A stretch of 62,751 bases of DNA, counting the filler, from Bipalium vagum (taxonomy: Eukaryota): the NCBI GenBank assembly GCA_037834085.1. It is 3 parts of 3 records of this genome, joined end to end, with 100 filler letters (N's around TTAATTAATTAA, not from the genome) between each part and the next. Parts side by side here need not be neighbours in the genome. Positions count along the whole stretch, not along the records: positions 1 to 26,346 come from JBBMKC010144925.1; 2 more parts are not named here. The stretch is one strand, 5' to 3'. Below the pieces are notes generated by a model, which made no database searches, was not told the origin of the DNA, and saw only the letters and a program-made list of their open reading frames with translations. Both the position numbers and the translations under genes were made by a program. Below, in pieces: positions 1 to 13,523 of the stretch. Position 1 is the first letter of the stretch. Each line of letters starts with the position of its first letter.

Positions 1-76
1 TAAAATATTGTGTTTTCGTAAAAATTCGTTAAATAACGTTTATTTAAAAAATAAAAGATTATTGTTCACAAGACTA

Positions 77-103
77 ATATATATATATATATATATATAT
101 ATA
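77..103. repeat. (TA)~13 microsatellite upstream of the Shc gene
   Basis: Perfect AT dinucleotide run read directly. Confidence 0.95.
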
Positions 104-254
104 ACCTTTGGAGGAGTCTATCCAGGTAGGTTTACGCGGAAGGTTTTCATTTTTCGAATGTAGACCAACAGAAGAAGCCATAGTGCATGGATAAACCCTA
201 ATAGCTGTGGAAGTCCTTCAGAATTTGAATAATAGCGTTCTTGAAAGAATAACC

Positions 255-3200
255 ATGGTATTTATCAGTAATGGAGCATTTATTAATTTATTCGTTTTTA
301 CGATGTGCTATTCCATGTTATTATTTTAATCAGGTGCTTCTAACATTTAGGAAACAATTTACAATGTTTTAATTTCATAATTAAATTTTTTTAGATTTTT
401 TATATGATTAGATAAAGATTCACCAAAGTAAGGTTTTGGAGAAAATTATAAAAATTCGTTCATATGTTTCGAGAATATTAAAAATTTTAGGGTGCAACTA
501 AGACTATGAAACAAGCTCTGATAGTTATATATATCATATTATCATTTAGAAAATCAGAACATGTTATTATTTTTTTAATTAAAATATTTTAAACTATTTT
601 CAATATAGGCATTATATTTTAGTTATTAAAACTGTTTAGGGTAAATACAGCCTCTTTCTTTATTTTTAAGATCTGCCAATTTCCTATTATCAATTTTTAA
701 AATTTTATTTTATTTATTTGTATAATTACTTGACAATACATTGAAAATATAGGTCTTAACAATTCTATATCCTTTTTAAAACTGTAATAGACATGTAAGC
801 AAATATTAAGTTAGTTCTTTCAACATTTTAACAACTTTCTTAAACTATATCGCATTATTATATTTATATTTTCAAAACATTTTTTTAGAATAATATATTT
901 CTTCAATATTTTTCAACTTGAAATTCTAAAACATCAGTTAAAGAATTCAACTTCGTTTCATAAACCTTCAGAGAATTTGCTTTTGGAAATATAACTTGAA
1001 AATCTTTTCCTATTATCTATTCTTAATTACACAAATGAAATATTAAATTTTTTCACTGTTTACCAATTATTATTAATTAACTATTTTCATTAAGATAAAA
1101 CATAATTTCTAACTATTTAAAATTTAGAAAAAGAATAATTATTTTTTATAAAAAATGTAATATTTAAAATAAAGCTAATCATTTGTTACTAGTTGTTTTG
1201 TTTTAGTGAATCACTTTAATTTCAATTCTCTATTTTACTTTGAATTTATTTAAAGATAAATGTCATTTCTTAATGAATTTTAACATATTAACTTCATTAA
1301 TAACAATTATAATAAAATTATATTAATTCAAAATTTAGGACACGTTGCCTTCTGATAATTGGAAACATCCAGTAGATAATTTTAAGCCCGAAAATGGGGT
1401 TTATTATAAAATCCAATATCTTGGTGCTTACCCAGTAAATATTTCAATCAAAACTGTTGAATATAAAAATCGAATGAAGATAGCTAGGTTTTTGAAATAC
1501 ATCTATTCCAAAAAAATCACAACCTTTTATTTATAGAGAATGTATTAAAAGAGTTTGTTCGGACTTAGGCATTATTTTATCAAATAAGAAATCAGTGGAT
1601 CGAGATATCTCATCGAGTATCGGAACAAAATCCATAGAGTGTGGTCCTCAGCCGGTTTGGCTTAGAATAACCACTGACACAATTTCCATACTGAATCAAC
1701 AAAAAACTGAAGTAGTAAATTATCAACTCTGATCTTTATTGTTTTGCTTTCCTAGGAGACTCGCAGGCACAGCTTGCAGGACATTTCGTTTGCCTGTGGT
1801 GGAGATCAAGAATTATTGGATTATTTATCATACGTTGCCAAGGACTCCAAAATTGGGCGCGCCTGTTTTGTTTTTCAGTCAACGAAGGATCCAGCAAAAG
1901 ATATTATCATGTCTATCGGACAGGCCTTTGACTTAAGATTTCGAGTGAGTTTATTTATTATTGTATTATCATTTACAGTGGATAATATTATCAAAAAACC
2001 TTTTTACATTCATCTGAGACAAGAACATTGATTTTTATCTATCACCAAGTAATGTATTCAATTTCACTTTATCGATTATATAACTTGAAAATCTTGTTCA
2101 CAATTTAATGAAATTAAATCGATTTATTTAACCTATTGATATTGGCAACAGATCTTGTGATTATAATTGTTCTTGATCAATTTTAGATAATATTGGATTG
2201 ATCGAAGGCCTTATTTGGAACTTTTAAGTCAATAAACAAGTTTCAAAAGTGATATCTCTTGAAAATTCTGTTGTTTATCAGACCACGAGTTCTTTAAAGA
2301 TTCTTTGTTCACGATATTAAATGAATTGTATTGATTATTTTCATAATTTTTGAATTTTACAGAAACAAATATGATTTAATTACGGGTGTTCTAATTAAAT
2401 ATGATAAAGTTTGATCAGTTTTTCTAAAATATATTGTTGTAAGGCTTATTTCGCTGAGTTTACTCAACTAAAAAGAATATTGCGTCAGAAGTAATTAAAT
2501 TTCTCACTATAATTATATTTTAATCTAGAGATACCTATGGAGTTCACAGCCTGCTTAGAATATAATAATAATTAAAATAAGTAATAATCTTATGCAAGAA
2601 CAAATAAGTAATATTAAAAATTAAATAATAAATTCGGAAGTGTTACAACCTTTACAAAACTAGTCTTTTAATATTGTTATTGGTGTTACAACCGAGAAAC
2701 CTATATATTACCATAGGAAATTTTGTTATATTTCTCAATCGAACTCTCCCTCTCACATAACACCCATTGGTTTGGAAGTAATATTCAAATTGTTTGAAAA
2801 AAACAAGAGTTTCATCAGGTTTTTACGATTAAAACCTCATCTCAAAATATGTTTTCGTCAAATAATCATTTAATTTTATCGTTAGTTTTTGGAACCAATC
2901 AAATCTTTTTTATACTACTTGAGTGATGTTTGTTTCCTTGGCCAAAATTAAAAGAAACTGAGTGTATTCCAAATAATCATTTCAATAACATTCTGTTGTC
3001 GCTTTATTTACCTTATTGTAACAAAAGCTCTTCATATAGGCCCGTGAACTCATTCTGTAACCATTTTCGCAACGTCGATTTGTTATTAATGTATCGCTCT
3101 CTTTTGAAAGTGTCCCTATCGCTTGAATACGAAGTGCATGTACAAATATTCATCGATTTTAAAAATGATTGAAGAAAATGCTCAAGCGATCAATATTTAT

Positions 3201-6200
3201 ACTAAATTGAATATCCTTACTAGGCCCATAAATTTTTATTTCTTTTTGACATCATCAACATTTTTGAAGCGTCAACCTCTTTGAAAATGGACTTCTGATT
3301 AGAATGAGGAGTAAACACATATCGAATACCAAGTATGAAGGCTATCGAAGGTTGCTGCTTAGTGTCTGTACTATTTTTATTCCCGACTACCTATCGACCG
3401 AAACACTAATTCAGTGTTCTTCGAAAACCTATTGATAACTTTTTAAAAAATAAAACTAAATCGATTATTGAATTCCCTAAACTCGAAGGCATTAGTTAAT
3501 CTTCGATCTCTGTACTTTGTAAATCTACACCAAACGTAATCAATAGTTATTGTTTTAAATTAATAACTATTAAAAAAAATTATCAAGAAGAGAATCTCAA
3601 TAAATGAGATTTTTGTTAGACTTGTCGATTTCTGTTTCCTAATAATTAATTTAATTTTATCATTATTGATTACTACTAAAATGGGTTTGTCTGCTTTTGA
3701 ATAGGAATATCAGAGGGCACTGCTTGGAAATAATCTGTCTGAGACCAAAACGGATTGTCAGAACACGGAAATCATCATTCAGAGTCATCAGGTAGTTAAT
3801 GTTTGACATGTTATTGTTTTTGTGAACCTTTAATGTTTGCCGATATCATGTCAAGAAAGAAAGCGAATGGGGTTTCCGACCTATCCAATCTCAAGAGGAA
3901 ATCTCTGCTAATGTTCCTAAAAATAGTGAGTGACTGTTTATCATTATTGTATATTTTATGTATTATTTGTATTATTATCAGTAGTAGTTGTAGTAGTAGT
4001 AATAATAATAATGTTTAATTATCTTTTGCGATATAATGAATTTCATTTCTATATTTTAACATGTTTATATAAAGTATTCTTCATTAATTTAATTGGTTCT
4101 TAATCAATCCATTTCAATTTAAACTGTTGTTAATATGACTGTCAATGTATTATTTATTTCATTAACAATAATTGTTTTTTCTCAGTCTCTTTCAGGAATA
4201 AAGGAAAAATATCCTTTATTCTTTCTAAATATTATCAATAATTAAAAAAATCGATTTTGTTACTAAAAAACGCTTAGTTATACTGTAAATAATATTTATT
4301 TACACAATTTCCCAAATCTAAGGATAAACTGAAATTCCAACAAAATCAAATTATTTTTCGTTATTTGGATATAATGTCAAAAACTCAATCATTTCCATTT
4401 TACTTTTGAATATTAAGTTTTAAAAAAAATTTACAAAAATGTAATTCAAAAATCAATAAATTTATAATTATTAAGTTTGATAAATTAGAAATATTTCTTT
4501 GATATTATTGAAATTACATTATTTAATTATCAATTATTAATTTTTTAAATTTATTATTTATTAAATAATATTTGATTAATATAGCTATTTATTTATTATA
4601 TTATCAATTATAATCCAATTAATTATTTAAAGTTCAATATTTAATAAAAATAATACATTAATTAATATTTTCAACAACTTATTAACTATTTTAGAATATA
4701 CATTTAAATATAATATGATATTTTTATTTATTTCCTTATATTTTACATTATATATATGTGAAAATATGTAATATGTATAAAATATATTAAAAATATTTTT
4801 AATTTCCAAAAATATTCGAACTTTAAAATGTAAATATTATTATTATTAACACAATTTTTATCATATTTTTAAATTATCGATTGATTTTGTGTTTTATTCA
4901 GTTACTTCATTGACCTAAAATCAATTTTTAATATTTAACATTTCCAATGATTTTATAAGTGTTCTCATTTTGGTTTCAGTCTTTCAGCCTTTTCTTCTAT
5001 GCACAGCCACGTCGATCTTAATATTTGTTACAGTTAATTCTACATTATTTCTTCAATGTCTATTAAAGTTCCAATCAATGCATTCCATTTATCAAATTAT
5101 CTACCAACTTTACTATTATAATATTTAAATAATAATGTTTATAATGTAATAATATTTTAATCTTGGCCAATTGTAAATTTGGTGCTTATTTTTAATCTTG
5201 TCTTCAAACTTTCTTGAAGTAATCGTTGAGAATAACCGGCCCTTTAGGTGTAATGAAAGTTTTGAAAATCGCCTCCTATAAGATTTCCTTCTGATGTCTT
5301 GTCTGCATTTTCAGTAATGATGTTAAATCTATCTGTCCTCCATTTATTGATTTGAGCTTTTATTTAAATTTGTTTAACATTCTAAAGTTCAAATATTGAC
5401 ACAATTTATTAAAAATTATTTCATTTATTTGTGTAAATTTACCAGAAAATTTTGGTTTCCATTCAAATTATAGATTTGAAAAGTTTATTCAATTTTCTAT
5501 ACTATTGATTAATATTAAAAAATATTCTGCAGGACAAAAATCTTAATTTGCATATTTTTCTTTGAAAAAAATCAATTTAGTTATTTTAATTTTTCAAAAT
5601 TCTTTTTTGCGCTTATACATAATTATACTTTGTTTAAAAATTGCTACTGGAAGGCATTAGTTTTTTTTATTTCAAAATATTGTCTGAAAAAATCAATTTT
5701 ATGTTAATTCTAATTTATATTAAGTTTACGTAAATTAAATCGATCATATAAATATATCAAATTATGTGATAAATATCGAAATATCAATTTCTCTTCATTT
5801 TTTTATTGATTTTGTTGAAATATTTCCCTTAAATTATTGAAATTATATGTGATATCACGATTGATTAAGGATTTTTTTCTTAGTACTTTAGCAAAAGCTT
5901 TGAAGTTATTTTTTCAAATAAAATAAATTAAATTTTAATTAAAATTTCATGTAAAACAAAAATGTTAATAAATTTGATCTTCTGGAACCACTTAAAAAGG
6001 TCTTAAAAATGAGTTTGAAATTGAGAAATTTGACTTTAGAATGACAAAGTATTTAGGAGTATTTTCTAACATTTGGCTTGAATTAAAACTTCGATCTGAA
6101 CGATAATTACATAAATTATTGTAAAACAAGTGACCTTAAGATCTATAATAAATAAATAAATTAATATAATAATAATAAAAAATAATAATGAAATAGCAAT

Positions 6201-9200
6201 TTTAATTAAGAATATTGGTAAAAAATATAATCAATGATGGAAAAAATTATAATCTTTAAAAATAATAATGTTAAAGAAATGAATAATACTGAAAATTTAA
6301 TAGTAAACAATTTTCAGTAAACGGTAATAAATAATTTTCGATATTTTTATCGAAATTAGTAATATTTAATCTAAAAATGGAAACAATCTTAATAATATCA
6401 ATAATTTTAATAATAGAGGTAATTAATAATTGGAATAAATAATGATAAAAATCAATAATGACAAAGAAATTAATTATAATACTATTAACTACGTATTGAT
6501 ATATAAATAATAATATTTGAAAAATTAATAATTATCAATAAATTATAACAATAAATAAGTTTTCATGATAATCAATAATGATAACGAAAATTCTTATAAT
6601 AAAAATAATGGTATTAAATTGTATTTCTTATTTCTCCATAGAAACTAATGAAACGTAAATGGACATAATCTCATTGAAAACTCTTTACTTAAAATATATT
6701 TTTAAATAAAGTTCCTAATTTATTTTTAATAAAAATTGTTTGTTGTCAAAGAAATTATTATTCTTAAATAAAAAACATTATAAATTAATTATTAAATTTA
6801 TTTTTTCTCAATATTTGTGACATTGAATTTTCTGAGTATTTTTTATTAATTAAATTTTGTCTGAAAAACAAATTATTTCCTTCAAGTTTTGAGATAAAAA
6901 AGTAAAAATCTTAAAATAATAATATTCATTCTTTTTCTTCAATTTCAATAAAATCATTGACTTGTTTATTCTATCATTAACATTGTTATTATTTTTCATT
7001 TTTTGTTCTATTGTCCTTAACGATGTCTGAGTCGGAGAGGATTGACCAGGTGACATTTAAAGTAGAGCGGCTTATATTTCTCATTGAGTTCTCATATAAG
7101 AGGAACTGGGACTTTAAGTAAAGTGGCAATGAGAAAATTGTTTCTAATCCGTGTTGTTTTGTCTGTTATTTTTCATTTTTGCTTGTTTGAGATTATCTTG
7201 GCCTTTGTAAATAAAATTTCTACTAAAATTGAACAAAATAAAATTTCCACTCCAATCGATAAAATATTCTACCATTGAATAATACGGCGTTAATGTATCA
7301 AGTATTGATGCAAATAAAATTAATCTGTTGCAATTACTTGCTGAAATTTCTCACCAGACTCGTGGGCGTTCTGAACGACTCATTGATCTTTGGACACTTC
7401 AGTGTTTTAGGATTGATTGGGTTTCATTAGTGACGCTATTCGACTTTTATTTATGACTTCCATGAGCGCATCGAAGTCAGTGGAAAGTTGAGCAAATTAC
7501 ACCAACAATAAAAAATCAGGTATAGAAAAAAATTAACATCACCCATTGATTTAATCAATAAAAGTTTGATTTTTTTTAATTTAATGACTATTTATCTTAA
7601 AATTATGTAAAATTAATTGAAATAATTTTTCTTTATAGTGAAAGAAACAAATCAAGTTTTGATTATGAATAAATCATTCACAAAAATAAAATAATTTATT
7701 TCAATTAAATATTTAGCTTTTATAAAAATTTTTTTGATCATTTTTTGTTATTTTTCTTCTGTTTGTTGTAAATCGAGTATTTTAATTCTTTAAATAAACC
7801 AATTTTTTCTTCATCGAAAAATAAAAGTTTTCATTAATAATATGGCACATTGTTATGAAGTAGTAATTTTCAAATTCATCAATGATTTTCAATTTATCAT
7901 TTTATTATTACTATTTTTATTGATTATTTCTATTATTACTAATTATTGATTTTCTTAAATTTTTTGTAAATATTTTTCTATTAAATATATTTTAAATTAA
8001 ATTATTAAAATTGATATTTTTTGTTTATGATACTTCTTCCAGATATTTATCACTATAATTTTAACTTGATTTATTTCATATAGTCCTGTTTTGTCACTTC
8101 GTTCATTTTAGTTATTTCTCTGTTTGCTTAAATATCAGTAACATAGTTTTACGACAATAATCGATTTTTATGGTCAAGGTTGAATTCCCCTTAATGTCAT
8201 AAACTGTTAACACAACTTTTTGTAACATTGTTGATTAATTAATCTTATAATCACTTTGTTATGCTGTTAGCAATAATTGAATTTTTTATTGAATATTTCT
8301 ATTTATCCTTTTTAAATCATTTTCACTTTTATTATTTATTGATGGTACTGTTGATTGAAAATAATTAATTATTTGATTAACGTGGGAAATATAGAACAGC
8401 TGCTTTTTTCATTCCACGTTTCACCCTTTTTTCCTTAATCTAAATTTGATTGATTATTATTTGCCTAACCTTATCTTATAAATAAAGAAATATATATCTT
8501 CTCTTGCAAATTTCTCATACACTTTTATCGTCCACTCAGTTCGACTAGATCTCAATTTTAATTTACTTTTCTGAGTATAATAATAAATATTATTATTTCA
8601 ATCTTCAAAACTCCCACATGTAAAAATTTTTTCATCAAAATCTAAATTTTCATTTACATTGCATATATTCATGAATAATAACATCGTTCAAATGTTAATT
8701 AAAATCCCTGATAATTTAACGTTTGTGAAATATATATATTGAAGAAATAATATTTGTGAGTATTTAAACACTTGACTTTTTATTGTGTGTCTTAATATTT
8801 AAAATATTGTTTTATTACATTTCAAATTTTTTATGATAAAGACACATATTATATTAAATTTATTTAAGTATTATTATTTTTTAACTAAAATCTTTAAAAC
8901 TGTCTCAATTTGTTGAAATCGCAACTAATGATATTGATAAGTACATGTAATAAAAACCTATGAATATTGATGGACTTTTTTAACATTCATTCTTTTAATA
9001 TTTATAAAATCAATTTTATTTGAAGAAAATTTTTCAATATTTAAATTTACCTATTTTGACGAATAATTTTCATAATTTCAGGCTTATCAAACGCCAGAAA
9101 ATAGAAATCAATATTCTTGAAATTTAATTTTTACCAGTAAAAGAAACTTTTTTGCAGTTTTTGAGGCTTTTCTGTTATTTTTATCAAGAATTATTAGGTT

Positions 9201-12200
9201 ATAACATATTTAATTCTTGATTTGGAATAATATATAGTGGGGTGCAAAAAAATTGTCATTTTAAAAAAAAAGAATTAGAGAAATCAAACAAAATGATAAA
9301 AATTTATTTAAATTTAATATAGTTGCCATTGCATTGGATAACATGTTCACAATGTTTTACCAACTTTTTGTATTTCTCTTGAATTATTTTGGGGGTCAGA
9401 GTTTTGACAAATTTGTTGATATTTTCTTTAACCTGCTGGAAGTTTTCAAATTTAGTGTTTCAGCGATAAACTTCGAAATTTTTGAATATACAGCGAATAA
9501 GTTATAAAAATATTTCATTTATAAAAAATAATATTGAAAAAATCTTTAATAAAATCTCTGTTATTATTTACGACCTGCAATCTTTTCATCAATTTTTCGA
9601 AATTTTCATTCCAGAAATCACCAGATCTATTCAGAAAGAAATTGGTCAATCACTTAAGTTTTTCCCCTTTCTCAAAAGTAATAACTTTTATTAGGTTAAA
9701 AAGTGAGCGAAAAAGTTAGAAACCTTTTGGCGAGATCTAAAAAATAAGAATTTTTTAATCGAGTCCTTCGAGTATGGTTTTAACGATATTTTCTGTCTGC
9801 GGTTTACAGAGGAGAAAAATAATATAACGTAGATCAAAACCATAAAATTATAAAATCACGAAAAAATCTTACAACCAAGATTTTTTAATAATAATAATAA
9901 TAATAAATAAATAATAATAATAATTTTCGGTCCACAATAATTCTTTGGTTTCTATCAGTATTATGCAAATTTTTTATCGATAAACAACCGGTCCATTATG
10001 TAAATGAATATCGTTTCATTATCATTTTATATTTATTGTTGTTATTATTATTATCAATATTCAAAAATAAGTGAAATTTAATCCTGGTCGATTGATTAGG
10101 AATTAATCAATTTTCTAAAATATAGATTCAATGTTGTCTTATCGTGATTATTATTGATTGTTATTTTCTGAATTTATTGATCAAATTGTGATTTGCTTTT
10201 TCAATAATTTATGGCTCATAAACAGTTTGATAAATGGAAACCGAGGTAGATTGGAAGCAAATGCAAAGATCGATCAGAGGAATTTATTTAATTTATAAAG
10301 CGCTTTTAAAAGTTTTTTTACATCAATTATTTTTAAATATCTGAGATTAGTTTCAAGAAAAAGAAATAAAAGATAAACTTAAATTTTCTATTTTCCAGTT
10401 ACTGCAATTACCAACTCTGCTCAGCAACATCCTCCACAAATTGCAGAGGTTCTATGTCCATACAACGAGTCTTGGTACCTTGGATCGTTGACTCGCATGC
10501 AGGCCGAAAAACTACTCAAGTTTGATGGTGACTTTTTAGTAAGGGATAGTACTCAACAAAGCAATCAATATGTGCTAAGTGGGAAACAAAACGGTCAATG
10601 CAAGCATTTGCTTTTGGTTGATCCTGAAGGAAGAGTTAGATTTTTTTAAAATTTATTTTATAATAATATTAAGAATTAAAATAATGAATAATAATAATGA
10701 CAAATAAAAATAAATCATTTTTATTTTGATTATTATTATTATTATGCCTTCAGTGTAAGTCTCTATCTAATTTAATAGATATGTCAAATCAACAATTATC
10801 TTAATGAAAAATCAATTTCTCGAATAATTGCACAATAACCGAAACACTTTGTTTATTTGGCACTTATTTTTAAAATTTATATCAATAAAAATTATTATTA
10901 ATTTTTACATTTCGATATTTTTTATATTATAATTAATTGCTGATCTTCGTTAATGAAGCACTGTTTATCAAATGAGAACAGTTTTTATAATCGAAAGATG
11001 AATTTTGTGGATTATTGGTGCTGTTTTACGTTTAAAAATTATTGAAGTGTCTTAATTTTTAATTTTTAAATTTTTGTCTTAAAAATTATTATTATTTTAG
11101 AATAGTTATTTTATTTTTTATTATTTTTATAAATTAAAAGTTAATCAGTATGTTATCTGTCTTGATATACTTCCTGCTTCCATCAAACTGATGATATTAT
11201 TATATCAGAAATCATTTGGTATGGTTTCAGAGAAAGCAGCTTTTTTATCACTGTTCCAATTTGCTTAATATTTTAGTTTCTATTTAATGATTCAAAAGCG
11301 AGTAGTAAAATCGGTAATCTGTTGCACCTATGAATCTGGAGTAAGATTGTGGATTGGACTCATTTATTTTGTGAGAGCATATAGAAGATGCTGTCGACCA
11401 AATAATTATTATCAACTATTTCCAAGTGCAATAAAATTATATTTGGAGTTGGCAAAAAATGATTTAGTTCACTTTTTAATAGTGGAATTTGCAATTTTTT
11501 CATTAAGATATTTGTTCAACTTGTGGTTTAAATAATGTCAGTTTTATTCGAAAATTCAATTAAAATATCGATAAAATGTAAATTTCGGCATCTTTTGTAG
11601 AAATTTTCTTTTTTAAAAAAGATAAGAGGTATGGAGACCGAAAAATATGTAATACCTTAACGAAATTTACGTGCCAAAAATAGTTTGATAAATTGAGATA
11701 TAGAGACCTTGGTATAAATAACCCGTCGTTCTGGTTCAGGAGATTTCTAAGTCATTATTAAGCTGAATCCATATCACATATTAACGATATCAATTTATTG
11801 ACACGTATTTTAAAATCCGATTTTATTTTGAAATGCGACGCGTTCCTGAAACAATTTGTAACCAATGATGAAAAATCTACAATTATGTCCGTAAAAAATC
11901 ATTGTATCGGTCTGACTTGTCAACCACATCATCAAAGGCAAGAAGATCGTGCATTTGGTCTGGTGAGATTTACGAAATATCATTTATCTTTAGGTATTAC
12001 AATGTGTCGAAATAATTACATTATTTATTGATGTCTGCTACCTGAAACTAACCAATTTGAACGGTGCATTTCACGAAAAAATGTTCAATATATGCAAATC
12101 GCAGAAATATAGTCTGTCAATAAGGTAAGGACTGTCCTCGTTTATCAGATACTTTATTAGCCATTGGTACGACTTTTTGTCTCATTCTCTATGATCGTTG

Positions 12201-13523
12201 GACCTGGTTCCTGTTGCTAAAGAATTTTTTGAACGGGAACACAATCATTGATAAGAAGTCAATGACAAGCTTATTCTTTTTCCAAGTAAATTCACATCAG
12301 GAAGAAAATTGTTTTTTGTCAATATGATTTCTTTTTGTTTCATCTCCTCATCAAAAAGCGCACGAACCCATTTGTTAATCCAATAAACTCACGAAAAATA
12401 ATGCTATACATTTCCTTCATTGATTTGAATGTTTCTTTAATTATTCAAATTTGTGAAATTATTGCTTTAAAATTATATTTTTTCTGAATTGTATTTTTTT
12501 CCAGAAAAATTTTAACAAAATTTTGCTCTAAAATTTGTTTATTTTTAATTGATTTTGAAATATTTGATAGAATTTTTTTTTAAAAATTATCAATTATAAT
12601 TGATTTCGCAAAATTCATTACATCTAATGAATTACAGTAAACCTCGTTTTATCTAACCGTCCATCCGGTTACAACGAACTGTTTTGGGACCGAAGGTTGT
12701 ATCCGCTCTGACCGATTTTTCCAAGCTGCAAGATTTGATAATGATTCATTGAAAGATGTTAATTATTGTAAGACTTATCATAAATAAATGACATCTCTGA
12801 ACAGATATGGATATTTTATTGCCTTCTCAGTCTTTTTTCCACATGCAAATTTATAAGAAATAATTGAGTCATAAGACTTACTAAAAAGGCAATCCTTTAA
12901 TCAAGTCAACCCACGAGACACTACAAACTGGACAGAATTATATTTGAAAGTGTTAATAAAGCTGAAAGACGTAAAATGAATAAGATTACACTGACAGTAA
13001 CTGCCAAATGGAACGATACTGACAGTTGATGTGCTGGAGAAGCAACATTTACAAGTCACGTGATGATTGCTATCCGATGTAAGCGATGAAACCATAAAAA
13101 TTGATTTTTTACTGAACACAGAGCAAATATCTGATATGAAGGAATATTTTTTCATTTATTTTAGTATAATAAAGGTACCATACCCAAAAAATAATAACCG
13201 TCGTAACAAAAATCGATTGTATTCCTTTAATCTGAACTAAATTATTCCTGACGATCCGGATATTGACTACAGTTTACTGTACATCTAGTGAAAGAAATTG
13301 CTATTCCATTATTCAGTTCAAAATTATTTTTGAAATTGATTCAAAATAAAATTGAAAAAATAACCGATTATTTTTTTAGGTTCACACAAAAGATCGGGAA
13401 TTCACGAGCATTAAACATTTGATTGAATTTCACCAGCAAAACAAGCTACCGATCTCCTCGATGGACAGCGAGTTGCATCTGCTGTATCCGGTTTCTTTGA
13501 TGAATGAAAACCACCCTCGTTAA
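255..13523 (+). CDS. shc: Shc-family adaptor (PTB-CH1-SH2), ~350 aa; coding exons 255-257(ATG only), 1339-1487, 1537-1711, 1756-1944, 3705-3791, 3856-3925, 10399-10634, 13380-13523
   Basis: All introns are GT-AG and the phases close (1053 nt). The PTB domain reads [51 protein letters not shown]. The SH2 domain reads [43 protein letters not shown]|[18 protein letters not shown], the Shc signature [10 protein letters not shown]. Stop TAA at 13521-13523. The ATG-only first exon and exon 3856-3925 (AAG acceptor) are the least certain parts. Confidence 0.92.
2381..3420 (-). mobile_element. Heavily decayed Tc1/mariner relic(s) in a Shc intron
   Basis: TIR-like TACGGGTGTTC at 2381. The minus strand gives [11 protein letters not shown] (mariner C-terminal GRRFxxVDDIK) near 3245-3280. 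Confidence 0.4.
6990..7520 (-). mobile_element. Decayed mariner transposase fragment
   Basis: Minus-strand VTNET...[13 protein letters not shown]...SAS resembles the VTGDETW...QQSMxW...SAGK region; many stops. Confidence 0.3.
9234..9750 (-). mobile_element. Two adjacent Tc1/mariner 3' ends
   Basis: TIR-like TAGTGGGGTGCAAAAAAATT. Minus strand gives [34 protein letters not shown] and [27 protein letters not shown], both transposase C-terminus patterns. Confidence 0.55.
11439..12385 (+). mobile_element. Decayed mariner element in the last Shc intron
   Basis: Left TIR-like TTTGGAGTTGGCAAAAAATG and right end ...TTGTTAATCCAATA. ORF fragment [17 protein letters not shown] corresponds to LLKR..PFLKxIVTGDEKW (first catalytic Asp). 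Confidence 0.75.
12633..13281. mobile_element. Non-autonomous pogo/Tigger-type element (~645 bp) with TA target duplication
   Basis: TA-CAGTAAACCTCG... at 12633 and ...GTTTACTG-TA ending 13281; no intact transposase inside. Confidence 0.5.
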
